Source: Oopsacas minuta (lineage: Eukaryota; Animalia; Porifera). From it: a stretch of DNA of 64,000 nucleotides. Numbering within the stretch: the stretch's first letter is position 1; the number at the start of each line of letters is the position of its first letter. Of this stretch, positions 1 through 13,952 are shown in pieces. The position numbers and the translations under genes were made by a program. The DNA is taken from the NCBI GenBank assembly GCA_024704765.1, contig JAKMXF010000055.1, forward strand, positions 654,769 through 718,768. Reading direction: 5' to 3'. The notes beneath the pieces are model-generated. The model did no database searches. It was not told where the DNA came from and saw only the letters and a program-made list of their open reading frames with translations.

Positions 1-539
1 AATAGCTCGCAGCATTGATCTTCAATCTATGGAACAAAATTCCAATAGTGTACGATGAATAGCGAGGATCCCTGCCGAAATAGCCACGACCCAACTAAAA
101 TATCTGAACAGTGCTAGAACCTTGGAAGTTGAATATAAGATAAAGCATCGTTTTTGGAATTTTTAGACTCTTGTATAGAAAATGTTCACATGAGATAGCA
201 AGTTGTTTCGAAACCTTCAACTGCCTACCTACCAACTTGTACCTTGCTCCTGGAACAATCACCTGTGGCGGGACTGCGACGAAAGGAGGTATACTTCTTA
301 ATTTGAAAGATTGAATTCCCAGGTCTTGCTTTGCCATTTTACGAATAGAACTGAAAATCGAACAATGAGCTAAGTTCCAGTACCAAACATTGACCGTAAA
401 TTTCTAAATATATTTCCTCAAAATTCTAGGGAAAGTAAGAAAGAAATGTACCGGGGGATGGGTATAAGGTAAAAATCGGGTAGGGCACATTTTTATTTGA
501 AATATCTTAAGAAAAAACAATGCAGAGAGAATTGTCACG

Positions 540-682
540 GGGTTTCCAAAACGGCCGAAAAGACTTGTGATATCAAAAAGTTGAATAATCTCGATTCGGG
601 TCATGGAATTAGTTAAAACGAAGTGGTAAATTTTCGAGTGCCTTTTTGTTACGAACGTAATACTTCGACCTTAATCGGTTAA
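540..682. repeat. Dispersed repeat, copy 1; right end resembles a piggyBac-type terminus (..CGG|TTAA)
   Basis: By-eye similarity to 31970-32105 (tgtga..tcaaaaag.tg.ataat.tc.att.gggt..ggaa...ttaaaa; ac.aac.taa.acttc..cc.taat.ggtta). Ends in TTAA at 679-682. No left end found. Confidence 0.45.
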
Positions 683-1631
683 CCTGAAAATGATATTAAC
701 ATGCTTTCACGTAAGCATCCGAAAATATCAAGGTTTGTACTTTGAGTTGGAATAGCTAATCCATACAGTGGTTATGTTGTCTTAGGGGATGTAAAAACAA
801 TGATAATGAGACTGGCTACTATAGTATCAGTAATTTGATAATCAGGAAACTAGAAACATTGATCAATATAGTAGAAAAAATAAATAGGAAAAGAAGATTA
901 TGAATTCAGAATATTGAATTAATAAAGTTACCGTTTAAAGATGCATAAGTAGTGTTGTATTTATTTTTTATAAAGCCCATATAATTAAAAATAATCAAGG
1001 AATTAACACTTCTTCATAATGATTAAATTATGAAGGGGGGAGAAAATAATAGTGTGAATATCGATAAATATAAAGATAACATGTTAAACCAACCTCGATA
1101 CAGGCAACTTCTGGATAAAGATAATTATATAATGGTTTAACAGCATCGAAAAAGTTACAGCATGCTGACATTGGGCAGGTAATCGCCGATTCAAAAAGGA
1201 GGATAACTTTAGAAAATGATAGAGCATCGGGTTTTAATACAGAAATTAATACCAATAATTGAAAGATTGTAGAAATGTAACCAGGAGTTTCACTAAAAAC
1301 AAGAATATTGTAATAAATACTACAATTTCTGGAATGTCTGTCATTCTAAAGAATAAAAACAGAAACACTAAGATAAAAGTAAAAATATACAAGGTGAAAC
1401 AGAGTGGTAAGGTAAATATATTATTCACACATGTTTAATGTTATATTATTTTGTTCGAGATATTTGATACGCTTCAAATATCGACGGATACAAAAAGTGA
1501 ATTCTAAAGGAGAGAATAATCACATTTGCACCCTTAGTTCAAGAAATTGGAATCAAAATTGTATGATTTCATAGAGTCAGAAATTTTTGATATCCCAGAA
1601 TTCTAATATAGGTTTTGAAATCAGATTCCTA

Positions 1632-1727
1632 GGTATATTAGGTATAATTCGAGGTATTTGGTATAGCGATGGTATAAGTATACAGAGGTATACCGAATCG
1701 AAATACAATAATATGTATAAAGGTATA
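1632..1727 (+). repeat. GGTATA hexamer array downstream of the hAT transposase (probable subterminal repeats)
   Basis: Six GGTATA copies in about 95 bp. Shares GGTATAGCGA, GGTATAATT and AGGTATATT with the array at 5066-5169. Confidence 0.7.
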
Positions 1728-1819
1728 ATACGAATTTACAACGAATAAATAATTTAGACTAGTACTTCTTAGTAAAGTATATACGTCTGTCTAACGATAG
1801 ATTTAGGAAATACAAAACG

Positions 1820-4422
1820 TCAAAAATATGTAAGGTCTGCTGGCTCTGAGCTTTCATTAGAAAATTCTGAGTCAACAACTTTTTCTTGGACAACCCAATG
1901 AGGGACAAGTTTATTCAACTTCGAAGGAAACCTTAGTAGAGAACTCCCTTCTGGATTCCATAGTTTTAGCTTACACAATTCATGCCTCAAATCTCTTTCA
2001 TTAAAATTGATTTCTTCAAGTGAGGAATCCACAATATCTAACTCGTCCACTATATTACTTAATGTCCCACTACAATCAAATTCTACAGTTATTCTCTTTG
2101 AGGAGGGACCTCGTTCACGCTTTTCTCTGTAAAGTTTATAATGTGTTTTTATAAGGAGGTGACTTGCAGTTGTCGATATATTTAGACGACTTTTCTGAGG
2201 TGGCGCCAAATGTTTCCCCATACTAAATGCCCTTTCTAGACTCGCAGTTGTTATCCACATCCCAAATAATTCCTTCATACAGCATTTATACAGCCTCCAC
2301 TGATGTGCAGTTTTGTCTGGTAAACCAATGAAAGGGTTTGTAATATACGAAGTCCAATAAGTTACAGGATCAGTATCGGTAAGGTCGTTGCTACCAAACC
2401 TCATAGTCCAAGCATCTGCTTGCAGACTAACGAAGTCTAACATAAGTTGAATACATTGAGTAACATCACCTGTAGATATTTTCAAGCCTTCTCTTTGCCT
2501 TCTTGCAAGCAATATCTTTAGGCCATCTTCGGCAATCCTTTGACATTCCAGAACAGAGGAAAGTATCATTCCTCGATAACCAGGATGGCAAAAATATCCT
2601 GTTGCATGTAAACAGTGTCCAGTTTTTCCAAATTTGGATCTTCACTCATCAATAAATCCAAGCGAGTTTCACATTTACTAATGACACGAAATTTATCCAT
2701 TTTTGTAATAGAACAATAGCCAAAAGCGAGTGAAATACCTACTATAATGCCGATATTTTCTCCGAACTTAATTGAATCGGTCTGCATGATATTAAGAGCA
2801 ATACAAACTGGGCGAATCACCTCCAACAACTTTCTAACCCCGTACCAAAACTCAGTACTGAGGATAATGTCACTAATTAAAGGAGCTAATTTCTTTCGCC
2901 TAGAAGATTCTTCGATATAGTGACGATTAGCAGCGACACTATCAAGAAGCTCATAAGCAGAGTTCCATCTGACATCAGTCATAGTGGCAATCTTCCTAGG
3001 CAGACTACAATTTTCTTCACCACCCCTTCTAAAGAAGCCGCTTAAATTACCAGCATGTTTGATTATCACTTTTGCACCCAGGACGTTAATGATATCATGG
3101 CATAATAGATTTAAAAGATGTGCAAAACAGCGCACAATAAATGGAGGACCCTGTTTGAGTTTTGAATTACATAAACTTCGAGCATATCTGGCCCCTTTTA
3201 ACAAAGCTGCATCTCCATCACAAATAAAACTAACAACTGGTGTTTTAAGTCTTTCTGATACTGCCTTTGTCCACTGTAAAAGTTGAATGCCATAATATTC
3301 ATGGTCTCGTGGTTCGCCTGGTGCGAACATGTAATCATAGAGAGTATTGCGGATTTCGATTTCTTCACTATCGTGGAGCAATGCTGGATCAAAGAGTGGA
3401 CGTAAAAGTGAGGCGTAGGTTACACTTCTCCGGGATGGGTCAAGCCATGTATCAACTGCAATTTGTGCAGATTTCCAAGTTATTATAGAATCTTCAATTT
3501 CTAACTTGGCCCTCTGGTATAAACGAGGAATAATCACACTTCGAAGTCTATGAGTGGATGGTAATGGACAGTGAGGAGAAATTGTAGTTAAAAATTGTTT
3601 AACTATATTCAAATCGAAACCATCTTCTGGCAATGACAGCTGAACGGCGAATTTTCCAGCTAAATCTTCGATAATTATCACTTGCGGATCAGTTGGAGGG
3701 CTAGAAGGGAACCCACCCAACGTATTAGGCGGTTGGAGAGGTAGAAAGGTGTTACATATACTGGTGTGTCCATCAAATTCAGTTGAAGAGACTTCTTGAC
3801 TATAAGATTTAGTAATGCTTTCTATTTTTTCTCGGTGGGGGGCTATTAATTACCGACTGCTCCAGTCTAGAGATTTGCAGTGGGTAGCGTTCTTTTAGAT
3901 TTTCTTTGAAATGACATTGGTTTAGCAGATGGTCAATAATCTTTCTTGTTTGGGTAGAATTGGCTTTAACCAAGGTGCAAACGCCAATGTGAGTAATCCC
4001 ACGCTTCCCAAATGAATTCTTCGCACTCGTATTCTCAGCAGATGTTTTCAGAAATTTTGACTTAAGAAGTGAAGGAGGAGACACCCAATCGTCCTCTATA
4101 CTATACATAGAATCATGAGTTTCAGGAAAATATATTTCGTTGCTTTTCACAAGACAGTCAATCATATACAACGAGAAGGTGAAGGAAAGAATAAAGAGTC
4201 TTCTGAATAGAGAACACTACCGATACAGGCTACCATGTGTGATACCTTGGTTCCTATTTGGAAGGATTTCTTATCATCACATCGAAGTAGAGACCACATA
4301 GGACCTTTAGGTTGACCAACGCGAAGATTGGCGAGACTTGCGGCTCTTCCCTTAGGATTAGTTTTCCTCGAGAGTTCAACTTCATTAATCTCCCCATCAA
4401 TAATAATAGATTGTGAAGCCAT
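1820..4422 (-). pseudogene. Divergent hAT-superfamily transposase, about 850 aa, broken by three frameshifts
   Basis: Four consecutive minus-strand ORFs join into one hAT-like protein: BED-like remnants (W..C; DHLLNQC), LPSTHRLRSVIIPRLY, catalytic D in AVDTW, second D in FICDGD, CxxH motif RCFAHLLNL, VRWNSAYELL, and C-terminal ASLERAFS (catalytic E, dimerisation region). One shift maps to the G run near 3837-3842. Confidence 0.85.
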
Positions 4423-4482
4423 GATCAGCTCAGAGAATATTTAGTTGGTAGCTAATTTACTGAGATTAGAAAAAATCAGGTA

Positions 4483-4789
4483 AAGTACACCCTTGTTAAT
4501 CAGAACAGTAGAGTACCAATGAAAATCCAATCCATTCGGAATAGTGAATTTGTTCAGATTAGTGAGACAACATTAATCCTATGGGGAAATTCCACCTCAC
4601 TAATCCGAACCCTCAAAGTTTTAGACCAAAATCATGAGGATCATCGAATGTGATATACTTACTCAGAGTAGTACAACAGACAATTTCAGGTCTAATTCCA
4701 TTAATGGCTATTCATCTTTAACTGACATTTCGTATAATTTCATTTGAATTTTATTTGGAACTCCTGTTCGGATTAACGAGGGTGTACTG
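4483..4789. mobile_element. pogo/Tigger-type MITE (307 bp) inserted upstream of the hAT ORF
   Basis: 26-bp TIRs with 3 mismatches (AAGTACACCCTTGTTAATCAGAACAG vs reverse complement CAGTACACCCTCGTTAATCCGAACAG). TA on both flanks (4481-82, 4790-91). Internal TAATCCGAAC repeat. Confidence 0.75.
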
Positions 4790-5065
4790 TATTCCCCAAA
4801 AGTACCAATTCTAAACAAATGATCAGCTACGAACAGCTTAAATTAGATTTCAAGTAAACAACATATACTGAATAGTCACATACCATGAGAATTAATGAAT
4901 GAAATTTGAGCAGAAATAGAGTCGCTCAGTTTCAGTCACGTGACAGTTTAACAGTATTCGTAGTGTGATCTAACTGATAACCTGACGATACTATTTTGAA
5001 GTAGACGCATGCATACCTATAATAATTACGTAGGTAGAAATATCTCAGTATAACTCATCACTCAT

Positions 5066-5169
5066 GGTATAATTAATTAGTTATGGTATAATTAAGGTAT
5101 AATGTAGGTATATTGTGGTATAGCGAAATAATATACTAATGTGGTATAATGAATATACTATAATATACC
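5066..5169 (+). repeat. GGTATA hexamer array upstream of the hAT transposase
   Basis: Six GGTATA copies in the same orientation as the 1632-1727 array, plus one inverted copy (TAATATACC, 5161-5169). Confidence 0.7.
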
Positions 5170-7805
5170 ATCTGTATGCATCTTAACGTGTTTGAGATAG
5201 TAAATTTTAACCTCCATACAAGGAATACGTAATAAATTACAAGAAATGTTCTTCACAATAAATTAGAACTATAATCATGCAGTGTAGTCGAAAGAGGGGT
5301 AACTTAACATGTTACAACAAGTTTTGAAAATGGAATATTTCCATTCGGGCCTTGTTAAAGAAAGATTTATTCCTAATCAAAGGTCATTTGACCGCTATAA
5401 TGAAAGCAAATTTCATGTTGAATACGAATATCTATCTAGAAATATGATTAGACCAAAAATATGGAAGTCAAATTAATTTTTCTCTACTCAACAATATGGC
5501 TTGTAGTATAGTGTTTGATACGGATAATTTCTCGAAATATTAGACTTTGTTGCATTAACCGAATACTGTCGGGACAATGTTTTGATTTATGACATCAAAA
5601 ATGTGCTAAAATCTCGTTTCTTGTCCAGGAATTGGTGAAAAAGATTTGGTAAAATTCACTATTCCTTTTTATTACGAACCTATTACTTCAACCGTATCGA
5701 TTTAACAGAATAATATTGAATATTGTTATTTGATGAAAGAGTCATTTTGTTCCTTTTTGGGCTCATTGTGCGACGTTTCCATTGTTCCAAGATTAGCTTT
5801 GGCTAGGTCGTGCTCTTTTTCAAAAGTTGAATGAGCTTCGCCCTCTCAATTTTGTGGAAATTGGTTCGCAAAGTGGATAATCAAGTAAATCCTACTACTA
5901 ATCACAATTTATTCTAAGAAATCCTTGTTATCTAAATAATCGAAAAGCTTTACTGAAATTCACCCATTTTGCAATCCAGAAACTAAATCGAGTATATTTC
6001 TATACAATACCAACGCAATTTATAAATATCGTTCATATTCTATCATCAAGTCCTAATTTGCCTTTTTTGAGCCAATAAGTTGATAGGTTTAATAGTATAA
6101 TTCAACTATTTTTCAACAAATTTGGCATGATGTCACATATTGCACTTTATTAGCACTTCTGAGAATTAGTTATTTACAAAACCCGCTTTTATCTTATTTT
6201 CTATAATTTTATTGTTGTTTCCAAATTTATCTGCCTAACAAATTCTACTCTAGCTCCTTTCTAAGTTTCATTCTAACAGTGGCGTATTCACCATGGGTCC
6301 AACAGGCTATGACACTGTGGGTCTGATAAATTTGTGGTTTATTGGCGGGCTAAAGTCAAAGAAGACTATACCGTGAATCAGCATTACGCAGTAGCGTCCT
6401 GAAATATTGTTTTTCTAGAGAGGAAATTTAATCAACTGATTTATAATATCAATTCATTGGTATAGGGGGTTGAAGTTTTCACTACTATAGCCTTGAAAAG
6501 ATTTGTTCAATTACATTTCCTTACAACCACCTATCTAGGACAGTGTATAAGAATACTCCATCTAGACTTTGCCCAGATCCAGAAAATTCGAATTTCACTC
6601 GGCACTAGCATATTTATTGCAAAATTAATGTGTAGCACAACCACTTGGCATTATGCTATCTCAGCGACTTTATATCCTCTTGGATTTATAACAATCTGAG
6701 AATGAAGCTCAGAACGTCTCTTTAAGGATTAGAATGTTTCAGGTAGCTCTCATAATGGAGATTGACTGTACTGGTGGCCTATATACCATATTTCGTAGGA
6801 AAACCTTCCCTCTGTTTAAGAATAGTTTCTTATTATTGAGTGGATACTGGAATTGTTAAAGGCTGATTTCATGATATATGTTTGGAAACCGTTGCTGTAT
6901 GATATTATCTCATTCCCTTGGTTCAGTCTTTACCAAGATGCAAATTTTCCTCTAAGTTTTTTCCATTACATATGCTAAAATAGAGTATAATGATGTGATT
7001 ATCCGTTCTGTGTATATGGAAGCCCCGGATAGCGAGTTGGATCTTTGCCTAACACCTTAATTCTGACACTGCATGTAAATTATGCACACCATCTGAAAAG
7101 TGTAATCCTGTTTGAGTACATAAATTATTTGTTAAATATGTTTTGCAATTAATCAGTGGTTTAATACTTGTAATTATTGTTGATAAAATTTTCCAATGTA
7201 CCATAGAGCTCTGAAAAATCTTCCCTAGTCATTTCTTTCTATCTAAATTTTGTGCCATATATTCTAATGCATTTCGACAATCAACAGCCTTGGATATTAA
7301 ACCCAAATCGTTCAACTCTGGAGTCAATTTACATTCTGTAGCGAAAAAATTCCTTGTTGTCCAACAGCTAGGCCTGACATTGTTATCATCCTGAGTGGCA
7401 CCACTTTAGCGGTAATACAATGTTTGTAGGTTTTATATAAGTACTTTAAGGTAAGATAACTTTCACCCTGGCAGCTTAAATACATTTTATATTCCCAATT
7501 GTCTAACTATTATGCTCGGTCTGAACCCCGTTGCTCTTAAAATAGAGTAAATTAACACATATATTGTTTTATTATTATTATTGAACTCCAATCACCCAGC
7601 TAAGTATCTACATGGGTCACTTGGTATGGTTAGGAGAAGTTTTTGAAAATGGAATGCGTCACATCCTTACCATGTCAAGCAAACATATTTTCCACACAAT
7701 TGTCTTGCAACTGCTATATTGAATGGAATTTCAGGCTCGTTGCGAAATTTTCTATAGAAACTTTATTTGACTTAAATACGTAAGTTCACGAATTTGTCAA
7801 GATTA

Positions 7806-9177
7806 CAGTGTGTTCGGAAATTATTGGGACTGATTATAAATATATTATACTATGAATTCATGACTCATAGAGATTTCTCGTTTTAACACTAAGTTAAAAT
7901 ACATATAGATGAAGAAATACCAGCATTATCATCACATTCTATCAATAATTAATTTTTTTCCCAGCATTGTCTAAACACAATCTAATTCTTTTGGGCATTG
8001 AAGTGCAAAAGGGACGGAGAAAGTCTGGATCAAATGTTGCCCATATGTCCTGAATTTCCTGTTTTAGTTGGCTTACAGTTTTAGGATGAAGTACAATCAA
8101 CCTCCTTTTCAAAACTGCCCACAGGTTCTCAATGGGCGCTAGATCTGGACTATTTGGCGGCCAATCAATTCTAAGGGGGACGAACTCCGTCTTCCACCCC
8201 TTAGCTGCTCTTCTAGTGTGCACAGGACTGTGATCCTCCTGTAAAACCCAGCTATCTCCGTATTTTGCGTTAGCATCCTCAATAAAACACTCGCGAAGAG
8301 TGGAAATATACACCACCTGATTGAAATTTTCTGTGAAAATCCTCAGATGTGTAGTCCCCATTATCGAAATTCCACCCCAAAGATGAACTTTAGATGGATG
8401 CCTGAAGGTTGGCAGATGAACCGTTTGTCCCTTTTTAATCCACAGGTTGACTCTTCTAGAGTCAAGCCAAACTGAAGATTCATCAGTAAAGAAGGCTTAC
8501 TCCAATCAAAACTCTTCATTTCTTTACACCAGGCGATTCTTTTGGAAACATGGAGGTCGGTGAGTGCTGGAACTCGGACAGCCCGCTTGCTAACAAAGTT
8601 TTGCCTCTTTATCTGAGCATAAAGAATACTTATGGATACAGGAGAGCTCAATCTTGGTAGTATAGAGCGTAGAGAGGTTCTCGGATTGCTTTGATACAAA
8701 GCAACTATCCTCCTTTTGTCATTTGCCTTGATTTTTGAAGGCCGACCAGCACCCCTTTTGTGCTGAAGGCTTTTTTTTATCTTTTATCAGATTGAAGACA
8801 TGATATACAGTCTGCTTAGGTATACTTGTTCGCTGGCAGATATCCACTACTTTGGTAATTCCTGCATTGTATAGTGTCTCTATTTGATTTCTACGCTGTT
8901 GTTGGGTGGAGTGCTTGCACATTGTACAAAATATGCGGCCTTAGATGCCGGAAATGGGGTCTCGAAATATATATAGGTATATTTGCTTGGGAATCACAAT
9001 ATTTCAGCCAAACAAACGAAATATTATGTGAAATAGCGAATCTATTGGTTTTCTAACAATTATAGGAAGTGTATATATACAGTAAGGTAAATGGTTGTAT
9101 AATATGCGCATAACCTGATATCCTTCATGGTGATTAAAGTTAATCATGTAAAGTTCCAATAATTTCCTAACATACTG
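7806..9177 (-). mobile_element. Tc1-like DD34E transposon, copy A (1372 bp), transposase with two frameshifts
   Basis: Imperfect 25-bp TIRs (CAGTATGTTAGGAAATTATTGGAAC / CAGTGTGTTCGGAAATTATTGGGAC), TA on both flanks. Reconstructed 326-aa transposase has GRP, FTDES, QEDHSPVH and NSPDLAPIE, with 34 residues between the second D and E. Confidence 0.95.
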
Positions 9178-10069
9178 TATATCGCTTCCAAAACCCAAAC
9201 AAATTTAGTGAAAATTATCTTATGTCAATTCTTCATGATTTCCATTCTTGATTTACGACAATGTTCGCTGTGTCCAGTCGGTATCGATAGGCATTATGTG
9301 GCTCTTTGTTTTTGCACCTAAAATGGTCAGTATAATTAGCTACTCAGAAACAATTATGATAAATATTCCATATAAATTAAGTTAATTGGTTGCACTGAGT
9401 TCCTATGCACTAAGTTGCGGACATACAATATAATTCCATACTTTAAAAACTAGATTAGAACTCGGATAATAAGTATACACTTGGGAAACGAAATTAGTAA
9501 GTAATAACCCAAGTATGTCTAATCCGGATATTCTTCGCATCCAATGAGAGCAAAAATACAAATCCACAATGAAAGTAGGTACTAACCTAGAGTACGTCTT
9601 ACCTCAAGCAGTTAATAACCGACATCTACTGAGCTCAATGAATCGCCACCAAGTATTATTCTATACTTGCCAAACTCTAGTGACTGTTTCCGAGGATAAA
9701 TTTCCTCTATGTCTTTGTATATGAATACTTGTACTTAGATTTCTACATATTAAAGACGGATTTTCAACTCTTGAATTTGAAGAATAGCAGTAAATATACT
9801 CTATTTTCCCTGGATTTAGTATTTATCCAGGACATAGTCCAAATCACTGATAGTAGGCTACCATGGATTAAAACAGTTACGTCGAGTGATAATAAGCTTT
9901 CGCAGATCATAATTTAAACAAGGATCCGAGTCTGGATAAGGATGCTTTGATGTAGGATAACTTAATCCCCAAGTAATCAAATGATTCGTTTATCCGAAAT
10001 CATCACACAAATAGAAGTCCTACTTTATTGGTAAAATATTAATCAAAAAGTCAGTTAAAAGTAGCTAGG

Positions 10070-11035
10070 CAGCAGAACTCGGTTAAGATTTAACCACTTG
10101 GGACACAAAGGAAAGTACATATTAACCAAAGTAAGTCCTATTCGAGGACATATTAACTGAGTTATCAGTCTCAGTAAGAATCTAAGTACATAGTATACAA
10201 ATATATACACTGTTCGACAAATTTTGAAGGCTCTCTGTATACTATAAATTGCTTATGTACTATTAACTATGCTGAGTCCGAATCGGAATTCCATCATACT
10301 CCACTACATAACAATTTGATAGAATTCAACTATCAAAAATGGAAAAATCCAACAATTCACAATAATATTTTACCAAAATATGTACTAGCCATGCAAAACT
10401 GTGGAATGTTTAAACCATAGAGCTTTTAGAGGAAATATATACTAGAACGAGTTATTTGTAGGCTAAATTGGTCATTTTGCTAACAAAATCTTGAATAACA
10501 CATACAAAAATTAGAAAACATCACAAAATATCGTAAAATGCCAAAATAATTCAAGGGATTAGCCCATACATAGCTATATCTTGCAATCATTGAATTCAAT
10601 ATATCCGCTGGGTTTATAATCCTCATAACAGGTTTTACCTGAATATTGCTAGTAAGGTAGAAATATTTTTGATAAATTAGGCCATTTTACCATTAATTGG
10701 GTTCAATTGCATTAGAATTTGATGTGTTGAAGTATAATGAAATTCAGATTCATACTTAGCATCGTCGAAAGTACTCAAGACAATATATAGTGTGTAAGAA
10801 CCAAAAATATTCAGTTTTTCGGACAGTGTCCTGCAGAAATAATTAATAAATGTGTAGTATTATCCAGAGTTCTAACAATAGGATACATATATTATCTGAT
10901 AATATAACCGATATATACTGAACTTGTCATTTAGTACGTCAGATTGGAGAAATCATTAACCGATTCATGTATATTGGATTGGTAGGAGAAAATTTCGGTT
11001 ACTTAAGCCAAGCACGTCTTAACCGAGTTCTACTG
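10070..11035. mobile_element. Non-autonomous pogo/Tigger-like element (about 970 bp)
   Basis: 19-bp TIRs with 1 mismatch (CAGCAGAACTCGGTTAAGA / CAGTAGAACTCGGTTAAGA). TA on the right flank only. TTAACCGA-like subterminal repeats. No transposase ORF. Confidence 0.6.
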
Positions 11036-11068
11036 TATTTTAAGGAATATGAGGTATTAGGTCTAATG

Positions 11069-13195
11069 CAGGGGTGTTCAATCTGTTGATCGCGACCCAA
11101 ACGTGGCTCACGAGTATGTTCATCGTCGCTCTCGACATCCGTCAATCCACTGTCCATATATTTTAAGATTATATTGCTTTGATTTCTCTGTGTATACAGT
11201 TGCATTGTTAAATTTGTTAGAATTGCATTTGTTTGATTTCATTTAAGCTCTATTCAGTACTGTGATATATAAATTGAAATATAATCTTAACACCACCACA
11301 GCATTATATTAAATTGATCAATCTTGTATTTGCCAAGCTAGCGACATTCTAAATCAAAGATGTTTAAATTTTTTACTGAGTTGCATGACGTTACATCCGT
11401 CCATAAGCTTAAGATATCTAAAGGAAATATACTCTTCCATGTTAATTGGGAGCTCGAATTTTTATTTGTTGAAGACAGAGAGAAAAACATATGCCTGATT
11501 TTGCCGTGATATCGTTGCTTCCAATAAGAGAGGAAATCTGGAGAGGTATTATAATACTAAACAAGGAGAAGATTTCGCTAGTATTGTTGAGGAAGCTCGT
11601 CAGATTACCTTGATCAAATGAACAAAGGTTTGACCACGGAACAGTCAATCTTCAAGAAAGTGGATACATCTCGAAAGTCAGTAACAGCAGCAAGGTATTT
11701 CATTAGTAATATTATTGCAAAGCGAATGAAACCATTTACAGATGGTGAGTATATCAAAGAGTGCCTAACTGTGTTTATGGATAAATGCTGTCCAGACAAG
11801 AAAGATCTTGTACAGCAGCTGAGTCTAAGTAATACAACCGTAATGCGACGTATAGAATCAACTTCAAATGATATTAATGAAAAACCTTTAGAAAGTGTTC
11901 GGGAATTCACTTCTTTCAGCATCGCAATAGATAAAAGCAAGACATTGCTGATGTGGAACAATTGGTCATCTGGATTAGGGGAGTTGAGAATAATTTCAAA
12001 ATAACTGAGGAAATGTTATCACTCAGTCCTATGTATGGAAAAGCCCGTGGTATTAATATTTTTGATGAAGTACAGAAGGTCTTATCAAAAGCTTCTGTAC
12101 CGATCACGAAACTGTCTGGAGTTGCAACAAACGGAATGCCGTCCATGTTTATAAAACTTATTGTTAATATTGTGAATTTTATTAGAGCTAAGGAAATCAA
12201 CTATAGAGAATTCAAACCTGTATTAAAAGAGCTAGATTCAGAGTACGGTGATGTACTCAATTTCACAGTTGTTCGGTGGCTTAGTAGAGGAGCAGTTCTT
12301 AAGAGAGTGTAGATTTCACGCGATGAGATATCGTGCTTTATGGAGGAAAAGGGGAATAAGGTTCCTGAAATTCAAAATCTAGCTTGCCTAAGGGGTTTGC
12401 ATTTTTGGTGGATATCACAACTCATCTAAACAGTGTAAATTCTGCTCTTCAAGGTAAAATGAAGCTTATTCATGAACCATTTGGCACTATGTGTGCTTGT
12501 GAGGCGAAGCTTAGTCTATTTGAGGCGCAGCTCTCAAAAAACAGCTTCTCACACTTTTCGGAGCTTGGATCTATGGAAATCCTGACTGAAAAAGATATGT
12601 AGGGATAGTTTCACACCAGATAGAAGAATTCAAAACTCGATTGCTGATTTTAGAAGGGAGGAACAGAAATTATGCTCTTCACTCAGCTTTTCGGTTTTGA
12701 TGTCCAGTATGTTTCGGATGAAATTCAGCTGGAGCTTCTGGATCAAAAAGCAAATATTAATTTGAAGGAAAATTTTAGAGAGGTAAAAGTAGATGAGATA
12801 TCCAAGAATCTCACTATTTTAGACTTCTACAAAGTCCTACCAACTGATATATATTCATTTATTCTTGAAACCGCAAGGAGAATGGCAACCTTATTTGGGA
12901 GTACTTATACTTGTGAAGCCCCCTTCCCCAAAATGAAGTATACTAAGAATATGTATCGGTCAAATATGACGGATGAACATCTACATATGTATTCATTACG
13001 CATCAACAGAAATATCACCTTGTATGGATACGCTTTTACATGACACGAAACAATTTCACGCATCACATTAATGTATGTATTTCAATTGGTGTTATGGCTA
13101 AACAATTATATCAATTCTTTCGAAATTCCGTATGGCTCGGGATTACGATCAAAAGTTATAAAGTGGCTCTCAAAGTAAAAGTTTGAAGACCCCTG
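11069..13195 (+). mobile_element. Buster-subfamily hAT (SPIN/Charlie/GTF2IRD2-like transposase), decayed and internally deleted
   Basis: Perfect 8-bp TSD GTCTAATG (11061-68 and 13196-203) with central TA. TIRs CAGGGGTGTTCAATCT / CAGGGGTCTTCAAACT. Motifs KPFTDGEYIKEC, VRWLSRG, DITTHLNSVN, FGSTYTCE. TDG is mutated to TNG and the HCxxH segment is deleted. Confidence 0.93.
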
Positions 13196-13952
13196 GTCTA
13201 ATGATGTCAAATAGCCCTATTTTGAGGTTGAGTGACAAGGAAGTTGGAGTTTCGCTTGATGTACACTGGAGTTATCAACACGAGAATTGCAATATTCGCA
13301 TACTAGGATCATCATTTCATTTCACAAGTGTATACTTTGTTCCTACTGTTGCCTACTTAGCAAATTTGGGTATTAGCAACAGAAATTCATGCAAAATATC
13401 AATTGGAAACATCCGCTCTCCACCAAATAATAGATGAATCATGAAATAGATCACGTAGAGTGAGTCCACTTATTAACAAGTAGCTAAATAGCAATGAAAT
13501 TACAGTGGAGCCGGATGCGGGACAACTGAGGGGCCGTGGCCGCACAACTTTATATTCCTATACAAACATGGGCCAACTTTCTATGCGCTCCCCACTACCT
13601 TGTATTAATCTGCTTGCTAATATGCGGACTTAGCATATTTTTGCAACATATTTACAGTTCAAAAGTGTAGATATTTTAGAATTGTCTGGCCCTAGTAGCA
13701 TCTTTGAATATACACAACAGAAATTTGTCCATAATACGAGGAGTACAAATACAAGTCCACCAATGTTAAAGGAAATATTTACTTAAGATAATGATAAAAA
13801 TACTTACATTAGACAACATTACCTACCTATAATATTTTAAACTACCTGTACAGTCAACTAATTTTCAATTAATATTGAATCTATACTAAGTTAAACCAAT
13901 GTGTAAGCATAGATAACTAAAACAATTTGTTACATTGGTATCAGAGATATTA

